Source: Paragordius varius
Lineage: Eukaryota > Animalia > Nematomorpha
Assembly: GCA_964247055.1 (NCBI GenBank)
Contig: OZ176053.1
Coordinates: forward strand, 10,106,001-10,170,000
Direction of reading: 5' to 3'
DNA length: 64,000 bases
Shown: positions 39,925 to 51,700 of the stretch, one piece after another
How positions within the stretch are numbered: position 1 is the stretch's first letter
Layout: each line of letters starts with the position of its first letter
Notes under the pieces: generated by a model
What the model saw: only the letters and a program-made list of their open reading frames with translations
Told to the model about the DNA's origin: nothing
The model's database searches: none
Made by a program: the position numbers and the translations under genes

Positions 39925-41537
39925 TACGATGCTGTATACCGGTCCAATGTTAACTTACACGACAAATACTTAATGTATAATAAATTATATACGATTTTTT
40001 TCAAAAACGGATATCTTTAAATAAATTTGATTAGCTAAGATTAGATGAATAAATATAATATTTCGAACCCATTTTATGATAAAAACTAAACCAAACAAAA
40101 GGAAATAACCGTTCAAATAAGCTTTTATTAAAATATATATTAAAAAATTAATTTAAATCCCTATACCATTGTTCCTTATTGAAATCAATCGCAAGAAATA
40201 TGTTTAACTATTTGGCTGGATATTTTTGGTGGTATCGGACTATATGATGAAATAGTATCAAAATGAAGCTAATCAATTGCTCTTCATTTATGGTGAATTA
40301 TCCAGCCCTAAATTTACAAAAGCAATAATTAATTAGATAGACCTGGTTCAGCCGACCGTTCTTAATACATTAAAGTTTTTAATATTTTTATCGCAATAAA
40401 ATCAAATTTTTTATCATATATTCATTTATAATTATGGTGAAAACTCCGAAGTCTTTTAAAAACGTCTACTAATCTTTTGGATAATTATGAAACACAAAAT
40501 GTTAAAATGATTAAATAGCTACGAATCTTTAATATAACAATACTGCGATGTTTGTAAGCGAATTGTAAATACCCTGATTTTTTACAATTCGTTAATTGCA
40601 TTACAAAAGTCCGCCATTGATAGGAATTACCAAATAATATTTACCAACAAAGTGTCAATGAATCCAATTCACCTCGCATATGTTTTATAAAAGTATTTAG
40701 GTCAAATCGGATCTGAACGGTTTTTTTAGAAAAGTGATCAAAATCCCAAACATAATTGCATTTATATCAATTGTATTTTACGCAAAGGTTACGTTTTTAG
40801 CTACTTACCTTGGTCCTACTTGAGATGAAAATAGACAACAAGCGGAATTAGTCCAAAAATATTTATTTGAGCCATTTAAATTTATTAATGACAATTTTAA
40901 TTCTTATATTTGCTTTTAAAACGTAACTTTTTTAACTGAGTCACAAGCGGAGAAATTAACGGACAAAAAAACGATAAAATTTTTGATAAATTATTGTTAA
41001 ATACTAAATCATAAATATCTAATCAATACGTGGATATTCCATTCCTGGGGATGAACAGCTATATATACTTCCGAGGTAGTATCAACCTTTAATTTGATAA
41101 TAACCATTGATATTTTTATATTGGAGTCTACTAAGCGTATTTTATTTAGACAAGCCCTTAGTTTAATTCCGTGATTTCAAAACTTATCAAGAAAATTACA
41201 AGTCTCTAAATCACTCATGAGATATATACAAACCTCATATAATTATTCAACTAATCAAAACAGTTTGTGTATTTATTATAAAAAATCGACTTGAAATTTT
41301 GATATAACAATATATTATGCTATATATTCATGTTTACTTATAGAATTAAAGGTTGGATGGAAGCCTCAATAAAAATTTGTAATTTACCTAGGATGAAAAA
41401 ATGCATAGATAAGTATCATGTAACTATGTAATAAAATTAAAATCATATATGTGGGTAAAAGAAAATATATTGTAAAAAAGTATTTGACTAAAAATGATCA
41501 CAAAAACTTAGCAAAAAAAGTATACTCTCATAACACT

Positions 41538-44440
41538 TCAAGTAAAATTTAAAGTCGAAGACGTCATTAAAGTGGTTAAATAACCAAACACTTTGGATGC
41601 ATTATCCCTAATTTCAGGCATTCGATGACATTTAAGCTGGGAAAGTCGCCCCTTAAAAAATTTCGCATTGCTCGAACATACGGCTAAAAAGCTATTAGAT
41701 CCATACAGAGCGCAAATAAGGTTATGATAGCTATCTTTTTTGCCAGGACTGGCATTTGAATTGACAAGCGTAGAGGGTAAATTTGCAATTAAACTCTCGA
41801 GTTTGGGGATTTCACCAAACCATCTACTAGGTTCTTGGGCCAAAGCCAAATGCAGCTTAAAAGTGTGCTCCAACAACGTCGTTGACCGTAGTAATAATTG
41901 AGCGTCAATGTAGGATTCGAAAAGAAAAACTATATCGTTTCCAACCTAATGCGATGTTTTTAAATTAAGTAATATATATCAAAAAAAATTCAAATTTATT
42001 ACCTTGGCGCAACATATTTCAAAGCAGAGGGCATCATAGCATGATAGATTTACCAGTAAATTAAGCACATTTAATTTTATTTCATAATTCTTCTCCAAAT
42101 TAACCAATTCAAACAGGGCTGATACGGGGTGAGACGATGTTGTGTGCAGAGTTGCCTTATTCATCTGGTTAGAAAAAAATCCATCACTCTCAAAAGGGAT
42201 CCCTGTGGTAAATGCCTCAATACATGGTTCAAGTACAGTTAAATTAATAAGGGCCGTAAGGGCAGTAACACAAAATCGAGAATTCAATTTGATATACTTG
42301 GGAGTGTGATAACCCTGTCAAACAAAAAATCACTATTTAACTGTTTAAAATTGTAACAATTAACAACTCCATGAAAATAAATGTGTCCTTTTTCCTCACT
42401 TGATAAAAAAATTCTAATAATAATTATGAATAAAAATATTAAAATCACCACATAAAACGTAGTAAAATTCAAATGAATCGTAAGTGTAATACACCTACTT
42501 TTTACATAGATCCTCCTATATTTAAATTTTCGAGTCCAATATATAATAAAGTGTTAAAATAGCAACGTTATTTTGCGTACAAAATTTTACACACCTAAAA
42601 TGCGTAATGTATTGCTAAATATTAAATTTTCATAATTATTGCTTATAATGATAGATACAATTATGTAAATGATAACTTTAAAAAGGGGTGCAAATAATAT
42701 TGGCCATTTAGGATTTAAAACCAGAAAAATATGTTTTGTCAATAGCTATATTATAAAATGGTGTATAATCCATCTCTAAAATGTTAAATTATTTATTTAT
42801 ATATTGTATATATTTTAATTAATGAGTTGTCCAAAATTTAATATAATAATTGGCAGAGTGCCAATATATTATTAGTCATATTTGGTAATAAAATCAATCA
42901 ATATAAGGTAATTGTGCTTTAGTTTGATTCACCAATATAAAAATAACTATATAAATTTTACATTTTGTTCTTGGGGCCCGGTTGGACGTCGATGAGAGTG
43001 CATATAATCGTTAATTATTAATTTCAGTAAAAGGGAAGTGCATTCCTAAATTAAATAAATCATGAAAAAATGCATAAAAAATAATAATTTAAAAAGTTTT
43101 ATTATCTAGACATATTAAATGCATATATCCTTTTGTTAATAAAATTATAAGTATTTTTACTCATAAAAGTATTTTCATAATTTTTTAAATGGTATTAAAA
43201 ATTGGAATTCATAAGTTTTCTTGTAATTTTGAAGAAAATGGTTAAATAAATATGGAACTTGTTCTTATTAATTATATATATACTTTTAAAATTTTGTGAT
43301 TTTCTTCGTTCAGAGCCAAATTGGCTATACATTGCGCAGAGGCCGTTAATATTTTCTCGTTAGTGGAATTAGCAAGTATACGCATTAAATGATTAAGGCA
43401 TCCCAGATTGCGAAATAAATCCTAAATATTAACATTAACATCAAATTATTAATAATTAAAAACAGGTGCTGAATAATTAAAAAATAAAACAAAAACAAAT
43501 TTAAATATATAAGACATGTAACATACTTGATTTTCCGTAAATGCTGACATGTTTGCTAAACTATTCAAAGTTCGCACTAAAAGATTTATTCTCGGTTCCA
43601 AGACTCTTTCAAGTACTTCCAATTGAGCAGATAATTTATCAAAGTCAATATCATCGTTTGTGCGGGCAAGTTTTTTGAGTGATGTCTTTAACGTTGAAAA
43701 ATTAACTGTCAACAGGCTAAAATGGCCTGTTTCATTTACAAAAGGTAACAAATCATGTGGGATTAAAGGAGAAAAATCCGATTCTTCCAAAGCTGTAACA
43801 ATGATATCGGTTATTTTGGTAGCCTTTTGTTGATCAATGTTAATGCTTGTGTTAAGAGTGTGAGAAACATTTTTATCAAAACTATTATGGCTAGGAAAAG
43901 GTATTGAACTAGTATTTAATTGATCTTCGTTGCTAAAAAAGCTATGAGAGTTCTAATTAAAATATATATGCGTAAAATTACCTCAATACTATTAAAATAT
44001 TGGCCTTCCTCTTTATTATGCCTCCTTTTATTTACGCGAGGAAAAGTATTTATGCTATTTTCTCCATCTGAAAACATCCCTGATGATGACGCTTTGTCTG
44101 GAGTGGCAAATCTCGGTGTCTCTAAGTCAAAAAAAAATTCATCGTCTCCATTTATAATAACTTGATCGTTTTCCTCATTGGGTTTAGGAAGTAAATAAAA
44201 TGAAGAGGAATCCAAATGAACTGCTTTTACGTTATTGTCAGTATTCGCATCTTTAGGATTTTTATTTTCTAACTGTTGGATTTGAATTTCAAGTTGCTTA
44301 AATAGTTTAGTTTCTAAATCGTCTTCATCTTCACATTTTATGTTTGTGTGTTGGCGATAATATATGTAAGCTCCGATGCCTAAAGAACCTAATAGAGCGC
44401 ATGTTCCCACTGTTTTATAAAATGCTTTTATATCCTTCAT
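41538..44440 (-). CDS. ARMC10/ARMCX-like armadillo-repeat protein with N-terminal membrane anchor, ~600 aa
   Basis: Exons 44440-43982, 43952-43527, 43421-43284, 43045-42962, 42314-42003, 41945-41538, all phase 0. N-terminal TM segment VGTCALLGSLGIGAYIYYR. Arm_2-type motifs: TLNSLANMSAFTENQDLFRNLGCL, AQCIANLALNEENHK, LNSRFCVTALTALINLTV, IKLNVLNLLVNLS, LLLRSTTLLEH, LKCHRMPEIRD. The first intron boundary is ambiguous. Confidence 0.82.
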
Positions 44441-44524
44441 ATATTGAGCGCCACATGTAAATGTAAAATTTAAATATAAGTGTAAAATATGATCAAATTC
44501 GATAAATTTTTGTGCGTTAATTAA

Positions 44525-45088
44525 CACTTGGATACAACACATTCATTTTGGGCCTTCGATTCAAATTGGGGTAGTTAAATACCCCAGGCCTGTTTAAATT
44601 GAAAATCTAAAAATATAAAAAGAATTGAAACCATGGCAAAATCTTGCATATAACATTAATAAACGAAATATATAAAAAACTTTATTCAAAAATATTTGAC
44701 ATTACTTATTTTAAGCTAAAATCCAAAGGTAAAAATTTAGTTAACGTGACATGCGTGCAATGGTAAAATTAAAAAATAATACAAAATAAACAGCTTTTTC
44801 TATTTCTACCAATGTTAGATGTAATTATAAAGAATTAGCTTTAATTTTACCCTTTAATTTAAATGAAGACGATATTTTGCAAAAACTTTGTAAAATAAAA
44901 ATGGCGTCGATTTGATATGGAAGTTTTTTTTCAAAAAGCAAAATTTTTATAGATATTTTGACATATTTTTATAATTTTTATTAGGATAGAAGTATAAATT
45001 TAAATTGGGACCATTTCCTTCCGTAGTTTTTTTAAAATCCTAACTCCAATTTAGTCTCGGGTATTTAGATACCCTAAAACTCGAAGTG
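44525..45088 (-). mobile_element. piggyBac-type MITE, family A, copy 3
   Basis: TTAA(44521-44524)|CACTTGGATAC ... TCGAAGTG|ATAA. Full internal homology. Ends 84 bp from the ARMC10-like ATG. Confidence 0.85.
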
Positions 45089-45730
45089 ATAAAATACCAT
45101 AAAAGGCTGAAACTAATAAGCAATTATATAAATATCAAAATCTTTGTAGTTTACAATTCATATTAAAACATTTCCTTATTTTGGAGATTGCTTTTTGCCC
45201 TAGAGCTACATCTTTTAAAATTCAGTAGTTCTAATACAAATTTCAAACTTCATTCTATCTCCTCATTTTAAAATTTTAGCCGCTTATTTCTTTTTTTTAT
45301 ATCAAAACAAAACTGGGCAATGAAAATATTTTATGGTTAATAAAATTTAAATCCTATAATATTTTTGGAAATAGAGCGATTCCAAATGCAACTAAAAATT
45401 ATGACAAAAATAAACTATGGCTTTTTAAGTGGGTATACAAAAAAATTATTTACACACCCATTGCATACGCGATGGCATTTTGGGGTAGCATTCGACCAAG
45501 AGCTTAAAGTTGTATAAAACCACTGTTATAGTTATGTTATTGAATGTAATTATGACTCTATTCTTTTATCAGATAAAAATTTAGAATTTTTTTACTTTTT
45601 TATCCAGAGTTTCGAAATCAAATAGCTCGAAAACACGATTTAAGATCAGCTATTAAAATAAAGAAAGCTTTGCAGAGTTAGTTTGTTAAGCAAAATATAT
45701 AGTTTTTTTGCTTGCTGTATTCACTTATCA

Positions 45731-46281
45731 AACTTCGATTCAAATTGGGGTGTCTAAATACCCCAGACTAAGCTTAAGTTAGAATTTTTAAAAACTACTG
45801 AAGGAAACGGTCCCAATTTAAATTTATGCTTCTACCCTAATAATATATTTAATGCCAAATAATCCAAAATAAAATTTTGTTTTGAAAAAACAGTTCCATG
45901 TCAAACTACTTCAACGCTATTTTTGCAAAATGTTTGCAATATATTGTCCATTTAATTTTAAGGGTAAAGTTAAGTTAATTTTTTATTTTAATTACATCTA
46001 ACATCGATAAATATAGAAAAAGCTATTCATGTATTATTTTTAATTTTGCCATTGCTCACATATAACGTTGATAAGTTCTTACCTTTCGGTTTTAGCTTAA
46101 AATTTTAGTATTTTTGAATAGGTTTTTTTATTTTGGTTTATTAATGTTACATAAGTGCAAAATTTTGCCATGGTTCGATTCCTTCCATATTTTTTAAAGA
46201 ATTTAATTTTGAACAGGCATGGGGTATCCAACTACCCCAATTTAAATCGAAGGATTTAAATGAATGTGTTGTATCCAAGTA
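45731..46281 (+). mobile_element. piggyBac-type MITE, family A, copy 4
   Basis: Subterminal IRs TTCGATTCAAATTGGGGTGTCTAAATACCCCA and TGGGGTATCCAACTACCCCAATTTAAATCGAA, followed by the ~30-bp spacer and TATCCAAGT end. Confidence 0.85.
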
Positions 46282-46769
46282 AATTGATATTTAAAAAATT
46301 ATTGAAAGAAAAGGTTCCAATTAAAATTTATACTTCTATCCTAATAAAAATTATAAAGCAGAAATGTATCAAAAAATTTAGATTTTTAAAAAAGGTTATA
46401 TATCAGATTATCTCGACGACTGCAATATATTGGGTTTATTCTCTTTTAAGGCTATTATCAAGGCTATTTTTTTTATTAAAATCGCATCCAACATTTATAG
46501 AAATAGAAAAAGTGGTTTATTTTGTATTATGATTAATTTTGCTAAATCATGATGATAAAATTTTTACTTTTGGGTTTTATCTTAAAATAAGTAATATTAA
46601 TTATTTTTGAATCAATTTTTTTATATTTTGGATCATTAATGTTATATAAGAAACATTTGCCATGGTTTAGATTCCTTCTATATTTAGTATTTAATTTTAA
46701 ACAGGCCTGGGGTATCCAACTAACACAATTTGGATCGAAAGACTGAAATGAATGTGTTCTATCCAATAT
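46282..46769 (+). mobile_element. piggyBac-type MITE, family A, copy 5 (lacks left end, head-to-tail with copy 4)
   Basis: Starts directly after copy 4 in internal sequence (GAAAGAAAAGGTTCCAATTAAAATTTATACTTCTATCCTAAT) and ends GGGGTATCCAACTAACACAATTTGGATCGAAAGACTGAAATGAATGTGTTCTATCCAA. Confidence 0.75.
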
Positions 46770-48798
46770 AATAAATAAGGAAAAAATGGCTCCAAAAAAT
46801 TTGTCATGAGTACAATTTAAAATTTAAAAAATTGCATCATGCTCCCAAAAGGATAAAAAAATATTTTAAACTAGATTTAGTGCTAAAAATATTTTTAATT
46901 AAAAGCTGTTACATTTTAGCAATTTTTGTTTTTATAGAGCCCTACCTATTTGCACGGAGTTAGAAAATTTAAAAGATAAAAACGTTTTAGAAGGAATTAA
47001 TGCTTGATTATTAAATTTTGAAAACACCTTTCATAACAGTTTTAAATTTAGGGTGTATCACAAAATATAATTGTCTGCAAAAATGAAAACATAATGAGGT
47101 GATGATATAAATTTTATCTAACAATCTCTTTTCATAAATCATATCCCTATATAAATTATGAATTTTAGTTAAATCGCTAATAATATTAGACAAATTGCTT
47201 TTGAAAATTTTGGCACCAAATTTTGGATAATAATTAAATTGCAAAACAGATTTATATATCTAGGACGTTATTACCTTACAAATTTTCTTATAAAAAATAC
47301 ATTAATTACAATTTTAGTCGATCAAAAGTTTCTCTACACGCGTTATCCGCTATGCTAATTACCTAATCCGTTTATATATTTTTGCAAATTAAATTTTAAA
47401 TATGATAGTTAAAAATTAAAATTCTTAACCACATAATCGGTTTATTGGTCTAAATTTTGCATTAAAGTTATTTTGGTTTTATTTTGCTAAACTCTTTAAA
47501 TACTTTCTGAAAAATCTAAAATAGATCATATTGTTATGAGTTCAAAGTTATATTTATAAGTTATTTTGATCATAACTATCTGTAAATATTTTGACTTCGT
47601 CTATGCATACGTAAGCCATTTTGGAATTGCTCAAAAATTTGAACAACTTATTTTTTACTAATTTCAACTTTTGATTTGGGACCATTGCATGTAGGCTACA
47701 GCTAAAAATTATAATTTATAATCAATATACGCCTGGTATAATAATTTTGAATTCCGAAACGCCCAGAAATGAACTAAGATCAGTACAAAATAAGAAACTC
47801 TCCATTGTCTTTCATAAGAAAAATTTGGGTGGCATATGAATTGATTTAAAATTATTTGCTTAGTTTAAGGGTTCATTTGAAAAAAAACTTCTAATAAGGC
47901 TATCAATACGGTTGCCTATTATACATTAAGAGCAATTTCTTTGACATTGTATACTTTCACCAAAATATTTAGAAAAACGTAAAATTATTTAAAATAATCG
48001 ACTTATATGAATAGTGTTATATTTATTATTAAAATAACCCAGTTTTCAGTTGAATTTAAAAAGATATTAAGTGAGAAGATAAATCAAAAAGGCTGAAATA
48101 TCATTTAGACAAATATAATAAAATACTATATTTAAATTGGTTTAATAAAAAGATTTTACCGCAAATTAATCTTGAAATAAAAATACTCTAAATAGCGTAC
48201 CATTTTAATGAGATATGTAAAAGTAAATTGGATACACCTAAATAAACCTATGACCTGTGGGATGTTTGTTATTGAGATATATGATAAAAAATGTAATGAG
48301 ATTTGTTGGTTATGTCTGAGCATAATTTTTAAAATAATAAAAATATATTTTGAAATGGTTTCGGGTTTTGCGCAAAACATCTGGTCACAAAAGAAATCGA
48401 TTCAATAAAGGTGGTGGCAAATCACAAATATAATTTGAATCATAAGATATTAATAATGTAAAAGATTTTATAGCCTGACCATTCCTACACAGATAATGCT
48501 TAAGAAAATTATAACGTTTAAATAGGTTTCTGGCATGCGATTGTCAGCTCATCCCCCTTTACAATTTATCCGTGTAAATTGAAGTCTCTAATATCTTTTT
48601 TTACTCATATTTATGTGAAACTTTTTTAAATATATTACAGATTCATAAGCCAAATACTTAATAAATTTTCCAGAAAATAACTTAAAATACACTTACAAAT
48701 ACTTATATTTAAACCAATCTATATGCCAATAAATTTGATTGATTTATTAATGTATCACATATAAAAATGGCAGCTTTATAATTTTTGATTTATATGAA

Positions 48799-51700
48799 TT
48801 AAGGTTGATGATAGTAATCTTGATTATTTATAGTATATCGATTAGTGCTATAACTGGGTTGCGTAATAGGTTTCGAGCTATTTTTAATGTTATAACCCAA
48901 CAAAGGGTATTCGTTTGTTGTTGCCGAAAAATTTGATTTTTGATAAATTGGTTTTTCTACATTCATTTGATTCTCATTATTATCTTCTATCAATGGTGAA
49001 GAGGGCTGTTGTAACAGTGTTTTTTCTTGTATGATTCTAGCTCAACAAAATAATTAAATAAAGTTTGTTCCTAAATATCCAAATTATTGTTAATGCATTA
49101 AAAAATGCTCTAATTAAAAATGATCGAATTCGTAGGAAAATTATTTTGACGAATTTAGTTTGCTTAAAATTTTTATTTAATACATTTTACTTTTGATTAT
49201 AGCTTTAACAATTTTACAAAATATTCTTTATTTTGACCATATATTGTAGACAATATGCTAAATTTTCTTAATTTTTATACGTTGTTTACCTATTTAAATT
49301 AATATGCTCCAAACTTCCATCTTTCTGAGCAATAGAAAAAGATCGTGTAGAGATCAATGATTTTCGTGGCCTCCCATCCGCTCCATATATTATATCGGCC
49401 CAGGGCTGTTTAACACCAGATGCGAAAATGCCATAAAATATTACACCTGAGAAGTGTATAAGGCTTGCAATCAAAAATACATCTTGCCATTCTTCTGGGG
49501 TCTATAAATTGGTAGTTTATTTTTAGTGAATTGAAACCGGTAACAGTAAAAAAATTTATATTATTTTGATTAAAAAGTGAAAAAAAGAGTGGTCAAAATC
49601 ATTAAATAATATTATATTTAAATAAACTTTAAATGAGGCCAAAATTAAAATATAATGGGTTTATTTTAAAAATTTGATACCTCTTTTTTGGTTATCTTTT
49701 CCACAACAATAGGACAAAACATTCCAGCTAACGTTCCCACACCATTAGATATGCCCATCAGAATACTTGCGTATTTGGGTGCAATATCTAAGTGATTTAC
49801 ATTGAATCCTAAATCGAGCAATATCCCATTAATTTGTTAAAGGTATAAAATTTTTCAATGAACCCTTTTCCTCTGTTTATTGAAATAAATATTTCAAATC
49901 TGTCGCCCAAAAAGCCATTGTTATTTTTCAGAATATTATTAATCAAATTTGTAATTTAACGGATTTCTTACATAATGCTTCAACACAAACCATTGAAAAT
50001 TTATTAAAGTAAATTTGTCGAATTTTCCATAACTCCTTACCAGTGAAGCAAACTTTAAGACATAAAAAACCATTTTGAAAAATCAATCTTCTTGCATATA
50101 TATAATATAAAAATTGTGGCAAATCGTGCCAACGAGGCGGGGAGTTAAGTAACCTAAAGAAAATTGTGTGTATCTGGGCCTTTACAGGGAGGGGGTTATA
50201 CATACGGGTATTTTATAATTTTACCACCATAGATATTAATTTTGGTTTTTCGATATAAAATAAATACCATTCAGTTAATTGATAAGAGCTTTTCTTTTCA
50301 CGGGCAATTTTTATATTTTGTTCAAATAAAAGGACATCTAAAACATATACAAATATATTTTAGACCCATACACTGTAAAATAAAATGCACCTGATATGGC
50401 AAATCCACTAAAACCTACGGCAAGAGTTAAGGCTGCTATAGCGCTGGTGGTCCCATTTGTGAAACCGACAACCAATAAAAATACCGCTTCCATTCCAAAA
50501 CCTAATTTGGTTGTTGTAATTTGGAATAAAAAACAGTCATAAAATTGTAAAAAATTGTTAGCGTAATTATTTATATGTTTAACTGTATATTTGTACAAAT
50601 ATATTTTTTAACATTTACCTCCACAATTAAATATTTTTCGAACAACTGTTGTACTTAAATAGTTTTGTCGTAAGTAATCAGCAAGAAAACCGCCAAAGGG
50701 AACAATTATTGTCATGACTAGGTGTGGGAGGGCTGATAACAATCCACTCTATAAAAGATTTTTAAGTTTATAATATTAAATGTTTAAAATGTTGCGATAA
50801 TTTAAGATAAAAAGCAGTAAAAATTTAACATATGCCTTTGAGATATCAAAATGAAAGACTTCCCGAAAATAACTGGGTTGACTCAACAAAAGGAGATAGA
50901 AAGTCCAACTCCGACAAAAGTTGGCTACAATGATAGCCCAGACGGGGGCGGAAGTAAAGATTGCTTTTACGGGAAACTTAAAACTCTAAAACAGATAAAT
51001 AATAAAAATATATTATAACAATCTATCATACAAAATGGCCAGATGTACTGTATTTACCACTGGAATCGCCAAACTTCTATGACTGTATTAGTTATTTTTT
51101 TGATTTATACATTTTTTATTTTAATTATGTTCTGTAAACAAAGTTTAACCAATGGTAAATAAATTTACCTCTAATGATGCCCCCATAGTGACACCTCCTC
51201 TCCCTATAATGAGCTAAAGAAGTGCCTACAAACTAATTATGTTAATCATCATGATTTTTTTCCGATTTTAGAGGTTTTAATTTTAAGGCTTAGTCGTTTA
51301 AAAACTATCATAATGAGCCAACAATCATAAAAATATTAGTTTTTTCATTTTTTATTATTTTTCTAATATAAATTTGTGGATTATTAAATATAATTTAATA
51401 AAATTTATTAATTATATTTAAATCCAAACTTTTTATTTTATATACTTTTCAGAAAAAGATCAAGATGCGAATAATGACCCATGTATTTTACCAATCGAGC
51501 TCACAATGAGGAGTATCCGCTGTAAACTTAAATCTGTGCAAAATAATAGGGAATTTTTTTATTTTAAGCCTTGAGTTTTTGACCCAAAAATAATTACCGA
51601 TCTAACCGCTTAATGCAGTCATTCACGGTAACAGTCAATTAACACCATAAGCGCATAAATCATATAATAACAATTAGCCAATTTTAATGGATTTAAAAAA

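Noticed and set aside
42360-42515. Extra ARMC10-like micro-exons (EDLCK; IFLSSEEKGHIYFHG)
   Set aside because: They need weak donors, and the 42962-42314 junction already gives a phase-consistent, homology-consistent protein.
44441-44542. ORF-track start of the ARMC10-like gene at 44542 (MCCIQV...)
   Set aside because: The first codons come from the MITE terminus. MKDIK at 44440 directly precedes the membrane anchor and is the more plausible start.
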